Assembly (NCBI GenBank): GCA_002684495.1
Contig: NYVG01000014.1
Coordinates: forward strand, 40,326 to 104,325
Length of the DNA: 64,000 bases
Source of the DNA: Gammaproteobacteria bacterium
GTDB taxonomy: Bacteria; Pseudomonadota; Gammaproteobacteria; Pseudomonadales; Azotimanducaceae
Direction of reading: 5' to 3'
In this document: piece after piece, positions 42,001 through 51,717 of the stretch
Numbering within the stretch: the first letter of the stretch is position 1
Layout of the letters: each line of letters begins with the position of its first letter
Made by a program: the position numbers and the translations under genes
Notes under the pieces: model-generated
Told to the model about the DNA's origin: nothing
The model's input: only the letters and a program-made list of their open reading frames with translations
Databases searched by the model: none

Positions 42001-42428
42001 GCCTCAACTAGGGTCACCGCGCGATCTAGGCCAGGCATCACTGGCACTCCCGCTGCAGTAGCAGCAGCACGGGCGCGAGCCTTATCTCCAAACAAGCTTA
42101 AGTGCGCAGCGCTGGGACCTATAAATTTAATCCCTGCATCGGCACATAACTGCGCAAAGGCATCCTGCTCAGAGAGAAAACCATAACCGGGATGAATAGC
42201 GTCGCAATTCGACTCTTGCGCCGCCGCTATAACACCCTCCATATTGAGATAAGCCGCAGCCCCCACGCCGTCTAACCGAATCTTTTCGTCTGCTATCTGA
42301 GTATGCAAACTCCGCGCGTCGTCGTCGGAGTAAACCGCCACGGTACGTAGGCCTAAGTCTTGAGCTGCTCGCGTAATACGAATCGCAATCTCACCCCGGT
42401 TTGCAACCAAAATGCCCTTAAAACTCAT
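39054..42428 (-). CDS. Single-chain biotin-dependent acyl-CoA carboxylase (BC-BCCP-CT fusion)
   Basis: ANRGEIA, HPGYGFLSE, EANARLQVEH; biotin site EAMKME; CT motifs DYTVLAGTQG, EGGGGRPGD. Confidence 0.93.
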   Translation of the reverse strand: MSFKGILVANRGEIAIRITRAAQDLGLRTVAVYSDDDARSLHTQIADEKIRLDGVGAAAYLNMEGVIAAAQESNCDAIHPGYGFLSEQDAFAQLCADAGIKFIGPSAAHLSLFGDKARARAAATAAGVPVMPGLDRAVTLVEAKDFFAQHPDGIMIKALAGGGGRGTRAVTDIEQLEALFHRCQSEAEAAFGIADVYVEAFMAKARHVEVQIIGDEHGAVSNLGERECSAQRRNQKLVEIAPAPALDAVLRDRMIDAATTLAEQEGYQSLGTFEFLVNSSANAPEFVFIEANARLQVEHTVTEAVTGFDLVQSQIQVAMGASLESLGLDKPAKPRGFAVQARVNMETLNADGSVWPGSGILSAYEPPSGPGVRVDGFGYVGYETSTAFDSLLAKVIVAHNAPNFSAACAKTVRALAEFRIEGVNTNIEFLMNLVGHADFKVGDIHTRWVDLNMALLAEPSEARQRFLSMQPAAAEDGFAGAKVDTSDPLALFAHDAEVKSRKNAAVEAAPAVVGPNGSNAVSSPIQGTIVSIDVVVGDEVRAGQQLAVVEAMKMEHVIAAAHDGIVRQVTMAAGDVVREAYPMIFVEEASVSGGRTATEETVDLDHIRDDLRENFDRHAYTLDENRQEAVAKRHARGGRMPRENISELMDAGSFKEYWPLVVARQHKRQDMDTLRQRTPGDGVVAGTGTINSDLFGEEAARAMVVHYDYTVLAGTQGARNHYKQDRMFELALRFRMPIVLFGEGGGGRPGDDSTGPAVAFDTHTFTQFSKLSGAVPMIGVNHGRCFAGNTALLACCDVIIATKDSTIAMGGPAMIEGGGLGIYTPEEVGPMSFQVPNGVVDILVEDEAEAVRVAKQYLSYFQGSIDTWEAPDQRKLRHIVPENRLRLYDMREIISTVADRDSVLEIRAGFGVGVITCFIRVEGRPMGVIANNPHHLAGAIDSDAADKGTRFIQLCDAFDIPILSLMDCPGMMVGPDVEATALVRHCVRMFNAGANLTTPLFGVVVRKAYGLGVQAMCGASALVGFFTVAWPTAEFAGMNIEGSVKLGYRKELMAIEDPEERASEFNSRVDRAYESAKAVNAAAGGGIDDVIDPAETRSWIAESLKRVPPKPHRTEKKYPYIDTW

Positions 42429-42461
42429 AGTTAACCCCCATATAAATATCTTCTAATTCTG

Positions 42462-44954
42462 CTAGTAGTATCCCAGAGTGCCGGTGATTTGAGCCTCCAC
42501 TAACGCGTTATATTCGTCATCAGTGATGCCGAGTTCCTCAACTAGCACCTCGCGGCTGTGTTCACCCACTCGAGGAGACGGCTTCAAGGTAAGCGCTTGT
42601 GAAGCTGAAAAATGCCAAGGTTCGGAAGGCAACAAAGACGGACCAGCCTCATCATGATAGACGCTCTTGATAAAGCCGTTTTGACCAAGCGCACTCCCCG
42701 GGTCGGTGTAGAGTTCGTACAAAGGCATAACTCGAGCGGCGACAACGCCGGCCTGACACAAACGGGCTTCCAAGTCATGCACATCTTGGGTACTACACCA
42801 TGCTTCCAGCAAAGCTTCCAACTGATTCTCGTGTTGTTTCCGAAAAGCAGCCGTCAGCCATGTTGGTTCAGTTAATTTCCCACCAACCATATTTGCTAAG
42901 GTACGCCACTGCTCATCCGTCTCAACGCCAAGCGCCAGCCATTGGTCGTGCTGGCACTGGAAGTAATTGTGCGGTGCCATCCACGGATGCCGGTTACCGC
43001 CGGGTCGGGGTACGTCACCAGTGAGCTGATATTCAATTAGCGCATCACCGCAGACGGTGGTCATTGCCTCCATCATGGAAAGGTCAACGCGCTGTGCTTC
43101 CCCGCTTCGATCACGCTGATGTAACGCAGCCATGATCCCGCTGGCGGCCATATAGCCAGACAGCGGGTCGGGAAAGAGGCCAGCGGTGTTCATACCCGGG
43201 TCACCCGCATACCCATGCAGCGAAGAAAAACCAGACATAGGCTCGGTACTAGCACCGTTAGCCGGATAGGCACTGAATGGTCCGCTGCTGCCATATCCTG
43301 AAATAGATGCCCAAATCATGCCAGGACGAAGCTCGTGAAGTTTCTCTAAAGTCACGCCCCAGGAAGGCATGACACTCGCACGAAAGTTGTCCAGCAGGAC
43401 ATCGAACTTTGGCAAAAGCCGCCAAAACAGGTCCATGCCACGCGGGTCTTTTAAGTTGAGGGTTACTTCACGCTTATTTAGGTTGACTGCGTTATACAGA
43501 GACGATGTATTTAGGGGGTGTTGCTTACGACTTTGGTCAACCACACCGGCAGGCACTTCATTACGCACGCGCCGCCACACATCTGGACGCTGCAGGCCAC
43601 CCAGTTGTACTACGTCTGCGCCAAGCAGAGAAAAGATCTCGGATCCAAAAGTACCCGACCATGCTTGACCTAAACTTAGCACGCGCAGACCTGCGAGCGG
43701 ACCGGCACCCTTAGCGGTGCCATCAAGCCGCCGTTTCGCGTCTTCTATAGGCGTTTTGGAAGCTATCGTTTGCCTGGTTTGCGCCATAGCTTCGTCGGCT
43801 TCAATAGACACAAAACTAGAAGGTGAGTTGAAAACAGCATTTTCGACTCTTGCTGTAGGCGCAGGTAAACGCAATTTCCAGGGTGCTGATGAAAGCTTGA
43901 AGGGGGCACCGGCTGCAGTCACCGATTTGCCAGCCACCTCGGTCTCTACCAGGTATTCGCGTGCTGCATATTGCGGATCGACCAACAAATCCGCAGTGTC
44001 CTGCATGACACCGACCACACAACGCAGATCAGCCAGTTTAAAAAACACGTCCCATCGATCCATTTTTGGCAGCGTGCCGGCAACCGCCGAAAACACCGGC
44101 TGCAAATCCTGACCATGCCGCCCCAGATCAGGGATTAGCTCCGGCTGCCGCGCAATTTCAGGCAAACCCAAAACATCCATCGCTTCAGTCCAATGATGGA
44201 AATCGCCAATAGCCAAATGCATGCGCCCGTCGCTTGTGTCCCACAGCGGTCCCGGAGCACCCCGCGGTCGCCAACCAACGGGGCCGTATGAGTCATCCAT
44301 ACCCGCATAAATCGACATAATGCCCCATGGATGCACTGTATGCGCAAACGCCTCTACCTCGCTGACATCGACGCGCTCGAAGTCACCTTCAGCAGAACGT
44401 CGCAGCAAGGCCGAAGATGCAGCAATGAAGCCGGCAATACCTCCCACATAACCAGATTGGTAACGAGGCATTTGTAAAGGCGGCTCATTGCGCAGACGAT
44501 TGATATAAGACCAACCCGTGCGCGCACTCGCAGTCAGATTATTACCAGGGAGCCCGGCCAGGGATCCCGTTGCCCCGTGCGGTGTTACCACCAACAAAAC
44601 CGCATCCGCGCGCAGCCAAGTGCCAACGATATCGGCTGTTTCTAGCCGGGTGCAAATTATCAAATCTGCAGCCGCCACCAGCGGCTGCAAATCAGAAGCC
44701 TCAACAAAAGCCGCCGAACGCTTGTTCCAATTTGCGTAAGCATGCAGGGGGCTTACACAGCCTGCATCTGAATCGCCGGTATTTGAGCACTCAGAAACAG
44801 GCATCTCGTGCCGCAGGCAATGCCCGCCCGGTGGCTCGGCAAGCAATACGTCCGCACCGAAATCGCCAAAAAACCGCGCCGCAAAGGCGCCCGAAAGGCG
44901 ATCGGAAATGTCTAAAACGTTCAAACCCTCAAACGCGCTTACAGATCGACTCAA
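42462..44954 (-). CDS. Family III (CaiB/BaiF) CoA-transferase, tandem two-domain
   Basis: Two repeats: FGADV..NWNKRS and GPLAGLRVL..LGADV..NLNKRE, DNFR, ISGYG, FPDPLSG. Confidence 0.9.
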   Translation of the reverse strand: MSRSVSAFEGLNVLDISDRLSGAFAARFFGDFGADVLLAEPPGGHCLRHEMPVSECSNTGDSDAGCVSPLHAYANWNKRSAAFVEASDLQPLVAAADLIICTRLETADIVGTWLRADAVLLVVTPHGATGSLAGLPGNNLTASARTGWSYINRLRNEPPLQMPRYQSGYVGGIAGFIAASSALLRRSAEGDFERVDVSEVEAFAHTVHPWGIMSIYAGMDDSYGPVGWRPRGAPGPLWDTSDGRMHLAIGDFHHWTEAMDVLGLPEIARQPELIPDLGRHGQDLQPVFSAVAGTLPKMDRWDVFFKLADLRCVVGVMQDTADLLVDPQYAAREYLVETEVAGKSVTAAGAPFKLSSAPWKLRLPAPTARVENAVFNSPSSFVSIEADEAMAQTRQTIASKTPIEDAKRRLDGTAKGAGPLAGLRVLSLGQAWSGTFGSEIFSLLGADVVQLGGLQRPDVWRRVRNEVPAGVVDQSRKQHPLNTSSLYNAVNLNKREVTLNLKDPRGMDLFWRLLPKFDVLLDNFRASVMPSWGVTLEKLHELRPGMIWASISGYGSSGPFSAYPANGASTEPMSGFSSLHGYAGDPGMNTAGLFPDPLSGYMAASGIMAALHQRDRSGEAQRVDLSMMEAMTTVCGDALIEYQLTGDVPRPGGNRHPWMAPHNYFQCQHDQWLALGVETDEQWRTLANMVGGKLTEPTWLTAAFRKQHENQLEALLEAWCSTQDVHDLEARLCQAGVVAARVMPLYELYTDPGSALGQNGFIKSVYHDEAGPSLLPSEPWHFSASQALTLKPSPRVGEHSREVLVEELGITDDEYNALVEAQITGTLGYY

Positions 44955-45249
44955 GACCCCTCCCTACCTGCTATGCGTGTGGCATTTAAAATGTCGCCAG
45001 GCGATTTGCTTCCCGTACCGGAGCATCTATGGGTTAATAATTCCAGAAGCGGTGGAATGACTCAAATTGAACCACCGCGAATGGCGTAGCCAGAGAGTTT
45101 TCAACGGTAAATTACCCCCAAAAAATACGTCTCCGAAAGACACGTTGGGACTAAGAACCAGCCCTTTCAATTTCCCTGTTTCGGCGGGCAAGGCACGACA
45201 GATGCCCACTGAATTTGAAGAGTTTTACAGCACTGAACAAAGAAAGCTT

Positions 45250-45276
45250 AAAAAAAAGGTCGCCATGGCGCTGCCC
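45250..45276 (-). terminator. Rho-independent terminator candidate after MFS gene
   Basis: Minus strand GGGCAGCGCCATGGCGACC followed by T8; stem imperfect. Confidence 0.5.
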
Positions 45277-45307
45277 GAAAATCACAACGCGGAGTTTCAG
45301 TACGGCT

Positions 45308-46786
45308 CTAATTTCTGTCTACCATATCCTTGTCCAATCGACGCCAAGTCAACAGGAAGAACAATGAACTTGCTCCATATAAGACCGCCATAATGACCAT
45401 AGCCGACTGCAAACTCTGGGCGTAAACCTCACCGCAGACGTTCTGCAAGTTTTCGCTTAACTCGCCAATAGCCCGCGGATGACATTGGTTTCGGGCCAAA
45501 TCCTCTGCTGCTACACCCAGTTCGGCTAAGCCGGAGGCAAAGAAAATATCCGAGGTAAAACCGATGAATAGAGGGCCGCAGCCGTAGCCAATTAAGTTGG
45601 CAATAAATAGCAGTACCGCCGTTGCCGTGGCACGAACACGCATGCTGACGACACCCTGGCCGATCGTGTACTGCGCGGCAATGTAGCCGTACTTCACGAA
45701 CCCTCCAATGATCAAGCCTAGGGCGGCAAAAAGCAGATTCTGGGTGGTAAAGGCAAACACGTAGAACGGGATCGACAAGGCCAGACCCAGTGCAGGCACC
45801 CAGGCAATTGCACCCGGATGTTTTTTATAAAGTTTGGTTGCAAGCCAACCCGTAGCAAATGTGCCGATGGCAGAAGACATAGACACCGGTGCGTTAATCC
45901 AAATAGCCGCCTCACCCGTGGTGATTTCATGCGCGCGCACCAAAAATATGGACTGAAACGAGGAGATGCCATAACCGCAAAACGCGGCCACTGTGGCCCC
46001 AGCCGTCATCCACCAGAAGGCAGGCTTCGTCATCAGTTCGCGGATCGCCTCGCGCAGTTCTACCGGTTGTTTTGATTGCGCTCCCTTCGGGTCGGTATAC
46101 CCGCGCGGTGGTTCTTTAACCGTCAATTTGAAAACCACAGCAATCAACAGGCCCGGCAGACCCACGACAAAAAATGCCGTTCGCCAGTCGAATACGTCCG
46201 TTACCCAACCACCGATCAGGTTGGCAAACATCGTGCCCAGCGTAACCCCCATGGAGTAGACACCAAGGGCCTGGGACCTGTCACGCGGCGCATAATAGTC
46301 TGCGATCAACGAGTTGGCTGGCGGCGTACAACCGGCCTCGCCGATACCCACACCGACGCGACACATCAACAAAATCCAGAACGCACCAATTGTAACTGAG
46401 CCGATGGTGACATCAGTTGCAAGACCGCAGAGCACGGTCATGAGAGACCATAGCGCAATGCAAACAGTCATAATCCAAACACGGTGAGCCGCATCTGCAT
46501 AGCGGGCCAGAGGAATACCCACTATGGTGTAGAGGAGAGCAAAACCAAAACCAGTAAGAAGGCCGAATTGGGTATCGGAAATACCAAGTTCCGGCACAAG
46601 CTCAGGGCCAACCACAGCAAGCAGGCCACGGTCGACAAAGTTCAAAATATAGATAAGCGTTAGGGCTGAGAGGACATAAGTCCGGTAGCGGTAAGTGCCG
46701 AAACCTGTGTTTTGATCAAGGCCCCCAGCCTCTACGGTATGAGTTCCTGCCGCATCCTCTTTTTCTGTACTGCTTGAGCCGACCAT
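45308..46786 (-). CDS. MFS transporter, spinster-like
   Basis: YILNFVDRG, SDTQFGLLTG, RVGVGIGEAGCTPPANSLIADYY, DWRTAF. Confidence 0.9.
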   Translation of the reverse strand: MVGSSSTEKEDAAGTHTVEAGGLDQNTGFGTYRYRTYVLSALTLIYILNFVDRGLLAVVGPELVPELGISDTQFGLLTGFGFALLYTIVGIPLARYADAAHRVWIMTVCIALWSLMTVLCGLATDVTIGSVTIGAFWILLMCRVGVGIGEAGCTPPANSLIADYYAPRDRSQALGVYSMGVTLGTMFANLIGGWVTDVFDWRTAFFVVGLPGLLIAVVFKLTVKEPPRGYTDPKGAQSKQPVELREAIRELMTKPAFWWMTAGATVAAFCGYGISSFQSIFLVRAHEITTGEAAIWINAPVSMSSAIGTFATGWLATKLYKKHPGAIAWVPALGLALSIPFYVFAFTTQNLLFAALGLIIGGFVKYGYIAAQYTIGQGVVSMRVRATATAVLLFIANLIGYGCGPLFIGFTSDIFFASGLAELGVAAEDLARNQCHPRAIGELSENLQNVCGEVYAQSLQSAMVIMAVLYGASSLFFLLTWRRLDKDMVDRN

Positions 46787-46870
46787 ATTTAACCTATTTC
46801 TTGTAAATGTTAACCCAGCGCTTCTATGAGCAAAGGGATTGTAGCCCCCGTGGTTACTGGTAGAGCGGTG

Positions 46871-47311
46871 CTAACGCGCAATGCCGCTGCGATCGACTTC
46901 TGCATCCCGCTTATCTCGACGTCGGCTCGAAACATAACGGTGTCGGGTTCGCCAACCGTCCTCGGTTTTAACAATCTTATCGTAGTAGCTGGCCGTTGAC
47001 GTAAGCCCTTTGCCAATTAAGGCAACGATACGAAAACGCAGGGTAATACCATCGCCATCGGAATCAGCATAAATGTTGGTCATCATATGAGTACGCGGAT
47101 GAGCAGCCTCGGATTCCATAAACGACTTAATGTCGTCCAGCCCATTGCAGATCCGCGAGCCAACACCTGTCAGGTCAAACACCGCATCCTGCGTAAATAC
47201 GGTATCGAGCGCCGCCCAATTTCGATCGTCGATGGCGTCGCCGTAGCGACCAGGAAGCTCGTGGATCTCAACTCGATCCGCTGTGGTGAGAGAATACGGT
47301 GCGTCTTTCAT
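46871..47311 (-). CDS. NTF2/SnoaL-like domain protein
   Basis: DRVEIHEL..RYGDAID.RNW..L..VFTQDA, HMMTN, YYDKIVKTEDGWR. Confidence 0.85.
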   Translation of the reverse strand: MKDAPYSLTTADRVEIHELPGRYGDAIDDRNWAALDTVFTQDAVFDLTGVGSRICNGLDDIKSFMESEAAHPRTHMMTNIYADSDGDGITLRFRIVALIGKGLTSTASYYDKIVKTEDGWRTRHRYVSSRRRDKRDAEVDRSGIAR

Positions 47312-47751
47312 TTGCTTGCTCCTTTGCGGTTAACGATAGCATGCCCCTTCTATCGCTCTAAAGGTTTACAAGCTTTTTGCTCAGAGGAATGTCGCAAAAG
47401 CTGGGGTCTCGATAAAGCCGTTGTCCCATTGTATCTGCCCAACCTCTAGCCCTGGGATATCAAGCTGCAAGATCAGAGCGACGCTGAGTTCGCGCCCAAA
47501 GGTGCGCACATCTCGTATCGGCAAGCATATGGTTAAGGCGTTCGCCACCGGGTTTCTCGTGTGAAGCGGATGGCAATCTGAGTCCACGCGGACGCGCTTC
47601 CTAGTAGAGAAAGGGATTTTGTTCCCAAAGACGAATATTGAGGGTCATCTCTACCCTCTCAACGCCTTTAATCAAAGCCTTGGCATAGCCTAGAAGATAC
47701 TGCACATTCAGTACTTCTGGGAGCCGCGAGCCGAAAACGTAGAGGGGAAAA

Positions 47752-49629
47752 ATGCGTAGACCAAAAAAAATAGTTGGACTGGTATGCCTGTGTTTAATGT
47801 TGATTGGCTGCTCTGACCCAGACAACATCCCCGAGACCCATACCTCTGCACCCCCGACCCCAGCATCTGCTATTGATGTCGAGCGTTATCCACTCCGAAC
47901 CGCGCTGTTCGGCGATCTACATGTCCATACCAGCTGGTCGGCAGACGCATACGCCGGGGGTAACCGCCTGGGTCCGAACACCGCGTATCGCTTCGCAAAA
48001 GGAGAGAAAATCGAACTGCTCACGGGCGACGAGGCCCAGCTACAGACCCCTCTGGATTTCGTCGCACTCACAGACCATGCCGAGGGATTTGAAGTACAGC
48101 TTCCCTGCACCATGCTGCCGGGCTCGCCGGAATTCGACCAACCGCAATGCCGAGATATGCGATCGGGAAACCTTGATGTAGCCGCCATGCTAGCCCAAGC
48201 CTTTGCGACTGCTGGCGCAAGACCCGCGCCGCATGCCTACGATATTTGCGGTGACGATGTTCGATGCAAAGCAAACGCAATCGATACGTGGCAGCGGGTA
48301 CAAGCGGTCGCTAACGCACACAACCAGCCTGGCCGCTTCACCGCCTTAATCGGTTATGAATTTTCATCATTGCTCACGGAAATGGGCATGCTGCACCGTA
48401 ACGTTATTTTCCGTGGCGCTGACGTCATTCCCTACGCCATTTCGTCGTTAGATGTGCGTAATCAAAAAGAATTTTTCGACCAACTTGACGCCGCCTGTGT
48501 CGAGCCCTGTAAGGTGCTCACCATACCGCATAACACCAACTACTCCTGGGGCCTGGCTTTTTCCCGTACAGACGAAGACGGCTCCGCCTATTCCAGCGAC
48601 GACCTCGAACGACGCTCGCGGATCGAACGTCTGTTTGAGGTAACCCAACAAAAGGGCGCTTCTGAATGCCAAATCAGTGTCGGTGCGTCTGATGAGGACT
48701 GCGACTACGGCATTATGTTTCCGCCTTGCAAAGGACCGAATGATCAACGCTGCGCGCGGGATAGCTCGTTCTTGCGCAATATATTGCTCGACGGCCTAGC
48801 ACTGGGAACAGAGAAGGCGGCTAATCCCTATAAGCTGGGGGTCATAGGTTCCACAGATACCCACCTTTCTGATCCGGGCTACGTCCCCAAAGACATTCCG
48901 GCACGATTCAAGCCTGCCGCGGGCCTTGGCTTCGCCGTCGAGCGTCTGTTAGCGGCGGATCATCCGGTGGCGGGTGCAATGCGACGCTTTACTCCTGGCG
49001 GGCTAGCCGGCGTGTGGGCGGAGGCCAACACTCGCGCGGACATCTTCGACGCCCTGCAACGTCGCGAAACGTTTGGCACCAGCGGTTCACGCATGCGCAT
49101 CCGCTTTTTCGGCGGGGATCTGCCCGAGGACCTTGGCGCGAAAGACGACCGTATCGCCTTAGCTTACGAACTTGGTGTGCCCATGGGATCCGATCTCAAA
49201 ACCGCTAACCCACCACGATTTTGGGCGTGGGCAACGCAAGATCCCACCGGCACTCCACTGGATCGTATACAGATCGTTAAGGGCTGGGTTGAGAATGGCG
49301 AACACCGCCAACGCGTCTGGGATGTGGTTTGTTCCGGTGGCCGTCAGCCTAGCGAGCTAGGTAAATGCCCGAACACCTCGGCCAGCGTAGATCTATCGAG
49401 TTGTGCCCGCACCGGCGAGGAAGGCGCTCGAGAGCTTGAGGTTACTTTTTCTGATCCAGATTACTCAGCCACACAACCCGCGTTCTATTACGCGCGCGTG
49501 TTGGAGAACCCTACATGCCGCTGGACTACCGTGCTCGCCAACAGCGGCGGCGTCGAACGCCCGAATGACGTGCCCGCTACGGTACAAGAGCGCGGCTGGT
49601 CTTCACCCATCTGGTCGGCGTCGCGCTGA
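47752..49629 (+). CDS. DUF3604 family lipoprotein (PHP-like metallohydrolase), copy 1
   Basis: Lipobox LIGC; FGDLHVHTSWSADA, DFVALTDH, GYE, LHRNVIF, IPHN, GSTDTH, YYARVLENPTCRW, QERGWSSPIW. Confidence 0.88.
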   Translation: MRRPKKIVGLVCLCLMLIGCSDPDNIPETHTSAPPTPASAIDVERYPLRTALFGDLHVHTSWSADAYAGGNRLGPNTAYRFAKGEKIELLTGDEAQLQTPLDFVALTDHAEGFEVQLPCTMLPGSPEFDQPQCRDMRSGNLDVAAMLAQAFATAGARPAPHAYDICGDDVRCKANAIDTWQRVQAVANAHNQPGRFTALIGYEFSSLLTEMGMLHRNVIFRGADVIPYAISSLDVRNQKEFFDQLDAACVEPCKVLTIPHNTNYSWGLAFSRTDEDGSAYSSDDLERRSRIERLFEVTQQKGASECQISVGASDEDCDYGIMFPPCKGPNDQRCARDSSFLRNILLDGLALGTEKAANPYKLGVIGSTDTHLSDPGYVPKDIPARFKPAAGLGFAVERLLAADHPVAGAMRRFTPGGLAGVWAEANTRADIFDALQRRETFGTSGSRMRIRFFGGDLPEDLGAKDDRIALAYELGVPMGSDLKTANPPRFWAWATQDPTGTPLDRIQIVKGWVENGEHRQRVWDVVCSGGRQPSELGKCPNTSASVDLSSCARTGEEGARELEVTFSDPDYSATQPAFYYARVLENPTCRWTTVLANSGGVERPNDVPATVQERGWSSPIWSASR

Positions 49630-49796
49630 TCCCGATTACGCATCAATATGATTAGCCGCTTGGCTCGGGTCCAAAGCCCTGCCTCAGCATTCACCGACCA
49701 CTTTCTATGGCGGTGGCGACTAGGTTTCGGACAACTTCCTTGAGCTATTATAGTTAGAGCTTGAGGAAATTTGGTGGGCACAGGGGAGCATAGCTT

Positions 49797-50813
49797 ATGA
49801 AATACAGACCACTTGGCCGAACCGGCATAAGAGTCAGCCAACTTTGTCTTGGCACAATGATGTTTGGTGGCAAAAGCGACGAGACCGAGTCTTTCCAAAT
49901 GATCGATCACGCAATTGATAAGGGCGTGAATTTTATTGATACAGCGGATGTTTATGCCGGCAACGAAAGCGAACGTATCGTCGGCAAAGCACTAGCAAGC
50001 GACAACAGGCGAGACAACATCATACTGGCCACAAAGTTCAATTTCGCAAACCCAGCTGACAGAAATGCGAGGGGGCTCAGTCGTCGGCACGTCATCAATG
50101 CCTGTGACGCATCACTAAAAAGGCTGAAAACAGACTGGATTGACCTCTACCAAATGCATCGGTGCAGTTCAGCAATACCCATCGATGAAACACTGCGAGC
50201 ACTTGATGATCTAATTAGAGCAGGAAAAATACGCTATATCGGCGGCAGTATGTTTCCAGCTTGGCGAATCGTTGAATCTCTGTGGGTGGCAAAAGAGCTG
50301 GGACTAAATCGTTTGATTTGCGAACAGCCCGCCTACCATTTGCTCGACAGAACAGCAGAACGCGAGGTGATGCCGGCGGCGCAGTCCTTCGGACTGGCCG
50401 TAATACCCTGGGGGCCACTGTGTGGTGGCCTGCTGTCAGGAAAATACACCCGCGACCAGCAAATCGAAGGCGCACGTTGGCAAGACGGCAAAGACAACGC
50501 CAATAGACGCGCCACAGAACAAACCTGGGAGGTCCTCGACCTGTTACACAAAATGGCAGACAGCAAGGGTTGCTCCATGTCACAGCTGGCGCTGGCGTGG
50601 AACATGGCTCAGCCAGGCGTGACTGCCCCAATTATTGGACCGCGAACCTTTGAGCAAATCGAAGATAACCTGGGCGCAGTAGACGTAGAAATGCGGGAAG
50701 AGGACTTTTCCAGAATAGACGAACTGGTACCGCCAAAGGGTTACATTGTGCGCTACTACGACGAAGCAAATGCCATCGATTTTCGGCCGCACACGCATAG
50801 GAGCATTGTGTAA
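49797..50813 (+). CDS. Aldo/keto reductase
   Basis: LCLGTMMFG, FIDTADVY, LATK, IDLYQMH, PWGPL, APIIGPR. Confidence 0.93.
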   Translation: MKYRPLGRTGIRVSQLCLGTMMFGGKSDETESFQMIDHAIDKGVNFIDTADVYAGNESERIVGKALASDNRRDNIILATKFNFANPADRNARGLSRRHVINACDASLKRLKTDWIDLYQMHRCSSAIPIDETLRALDDLIRAGKIRYIGGSMFPAWRIVESLWVAKELGLNRLICEQPAYHLLDRTAEREVMPAAQSFGLAVIPWGPLCGGLLSGKYTRDQQIEGARWQDGKDNANRRATEQTWEVLDLLHKMADSKGCSMSQLALAWNMAQPGVTAPIIGPRTFEQIEDNLGAVDVEMREEDFSRIDELVPPKGYIVRYYDEANAIDFRPHTHRSIV

Positions 50814-50976
50814 TTACAACATCTCCCTACGAAATCGGCTTGTGGGGTGCACGACTGACCTAAGAATGAATCAGAGAGCCTATACGAAGAATTGACCTCC
50901 CAAGCTTGTAGAGTTTGCCCCAGCAGGCGATATTTCAGTACGTGGTGTTCAACAGGCTGGGCGGAGGAGAGACCAG

Positions 50977-51636
50977 ATGAAAACTGCGTTGCGTTATATA
51001 GCACTTGGATTCTTTCTGTTAGTTGGTTGCTTGGTCGTGTTCCTCACACTCTGGCCGCGCCCACCAGACACCACAGAGGCTTGGGTATTTAGTGGAGACG
51101 GTGCTCAATTAGACTATTGCACCCCCGCTACCTTAGATGGCCAAGGTCTGTCTGCGGATGAGATCCCTAAGGCTTACACGCCAGATTGTGGCTTTTCTCG
51201 CATGCCCATGCCCATCTTGCACAATTGCCGGGAACCAATCGCAACAGGCATTCCAGATATGAGAGGCCTATGGCTGGCTGAGTCAGGGTTTATTGGGCAC
51301 ATAGAGAGAATCGAACAATGCGGCGACAGAATGGTCGTTACATCTGCAGGGCTAATCCACGATTTCCGCATGGATGGCACGCTCAAAAATGGCGCTAGAG
51401 ACATACAAACCTACTGCACCAACCTAGCAAGTGCGATCAAAGTCGATGACGAGGGCAAGATAATCTTCAGATTATTCAACCTGTTCGACACAGTAAGCCG
51501 GCACCTCGATAGCGGCGACATGATCTTTACATTCGTAGATGGAAAACAGACTCGAATGCTGCGTGCCTGTTCGATGCCTGAGGAGGATAGAGGTATGTAC
51601 GAAGCGGGTTTGGAATACAACTCCAAGTCATCGTAG
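50977..51636 (+). CDS. Membrane-anchored hypothetical protein, paralog of 59457..60071
   Basis: GGAGGAG RBS; N-terminal TM; shared motifs IPKAxTPDCG, DMRGLW, ERIEQCG, IHDFRxDG. Confidence 0.85.
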   Translation: MKTALRYIALGFFLLVGCLVVFLTLWPRPPDTTEAWVFSGDGAQLDYCTPATLDGQGLSADEIPKAYTPDCGFSRMPMPILHNCREPIATGIPDMRGLWLAESGFIGHIERIEQCGDRMVVTSAGLIHDFRMDGTLKNGARDIQTYCTNLASAIKVDDEGKIIFRLFNLFDTVSRHLDSGDMIFTFVDGKQTRMLRACSMPEEDRGMYEAGLEYNSKSS

Positions 51637-51717
51637 TTCCCTCTTTTGCTCTCGAATACTTCTATCCTGTCTTATTTCTTCTAGTCGTTGCAGTAGGTCG
51701 TAGACCGAATCCCGCGC

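Noticed and set aside
45067-45393. 108 aa plus-strand ORF
   Set aside because: Overlaps the MFS 3' end and terminator-like elements; no motifs.
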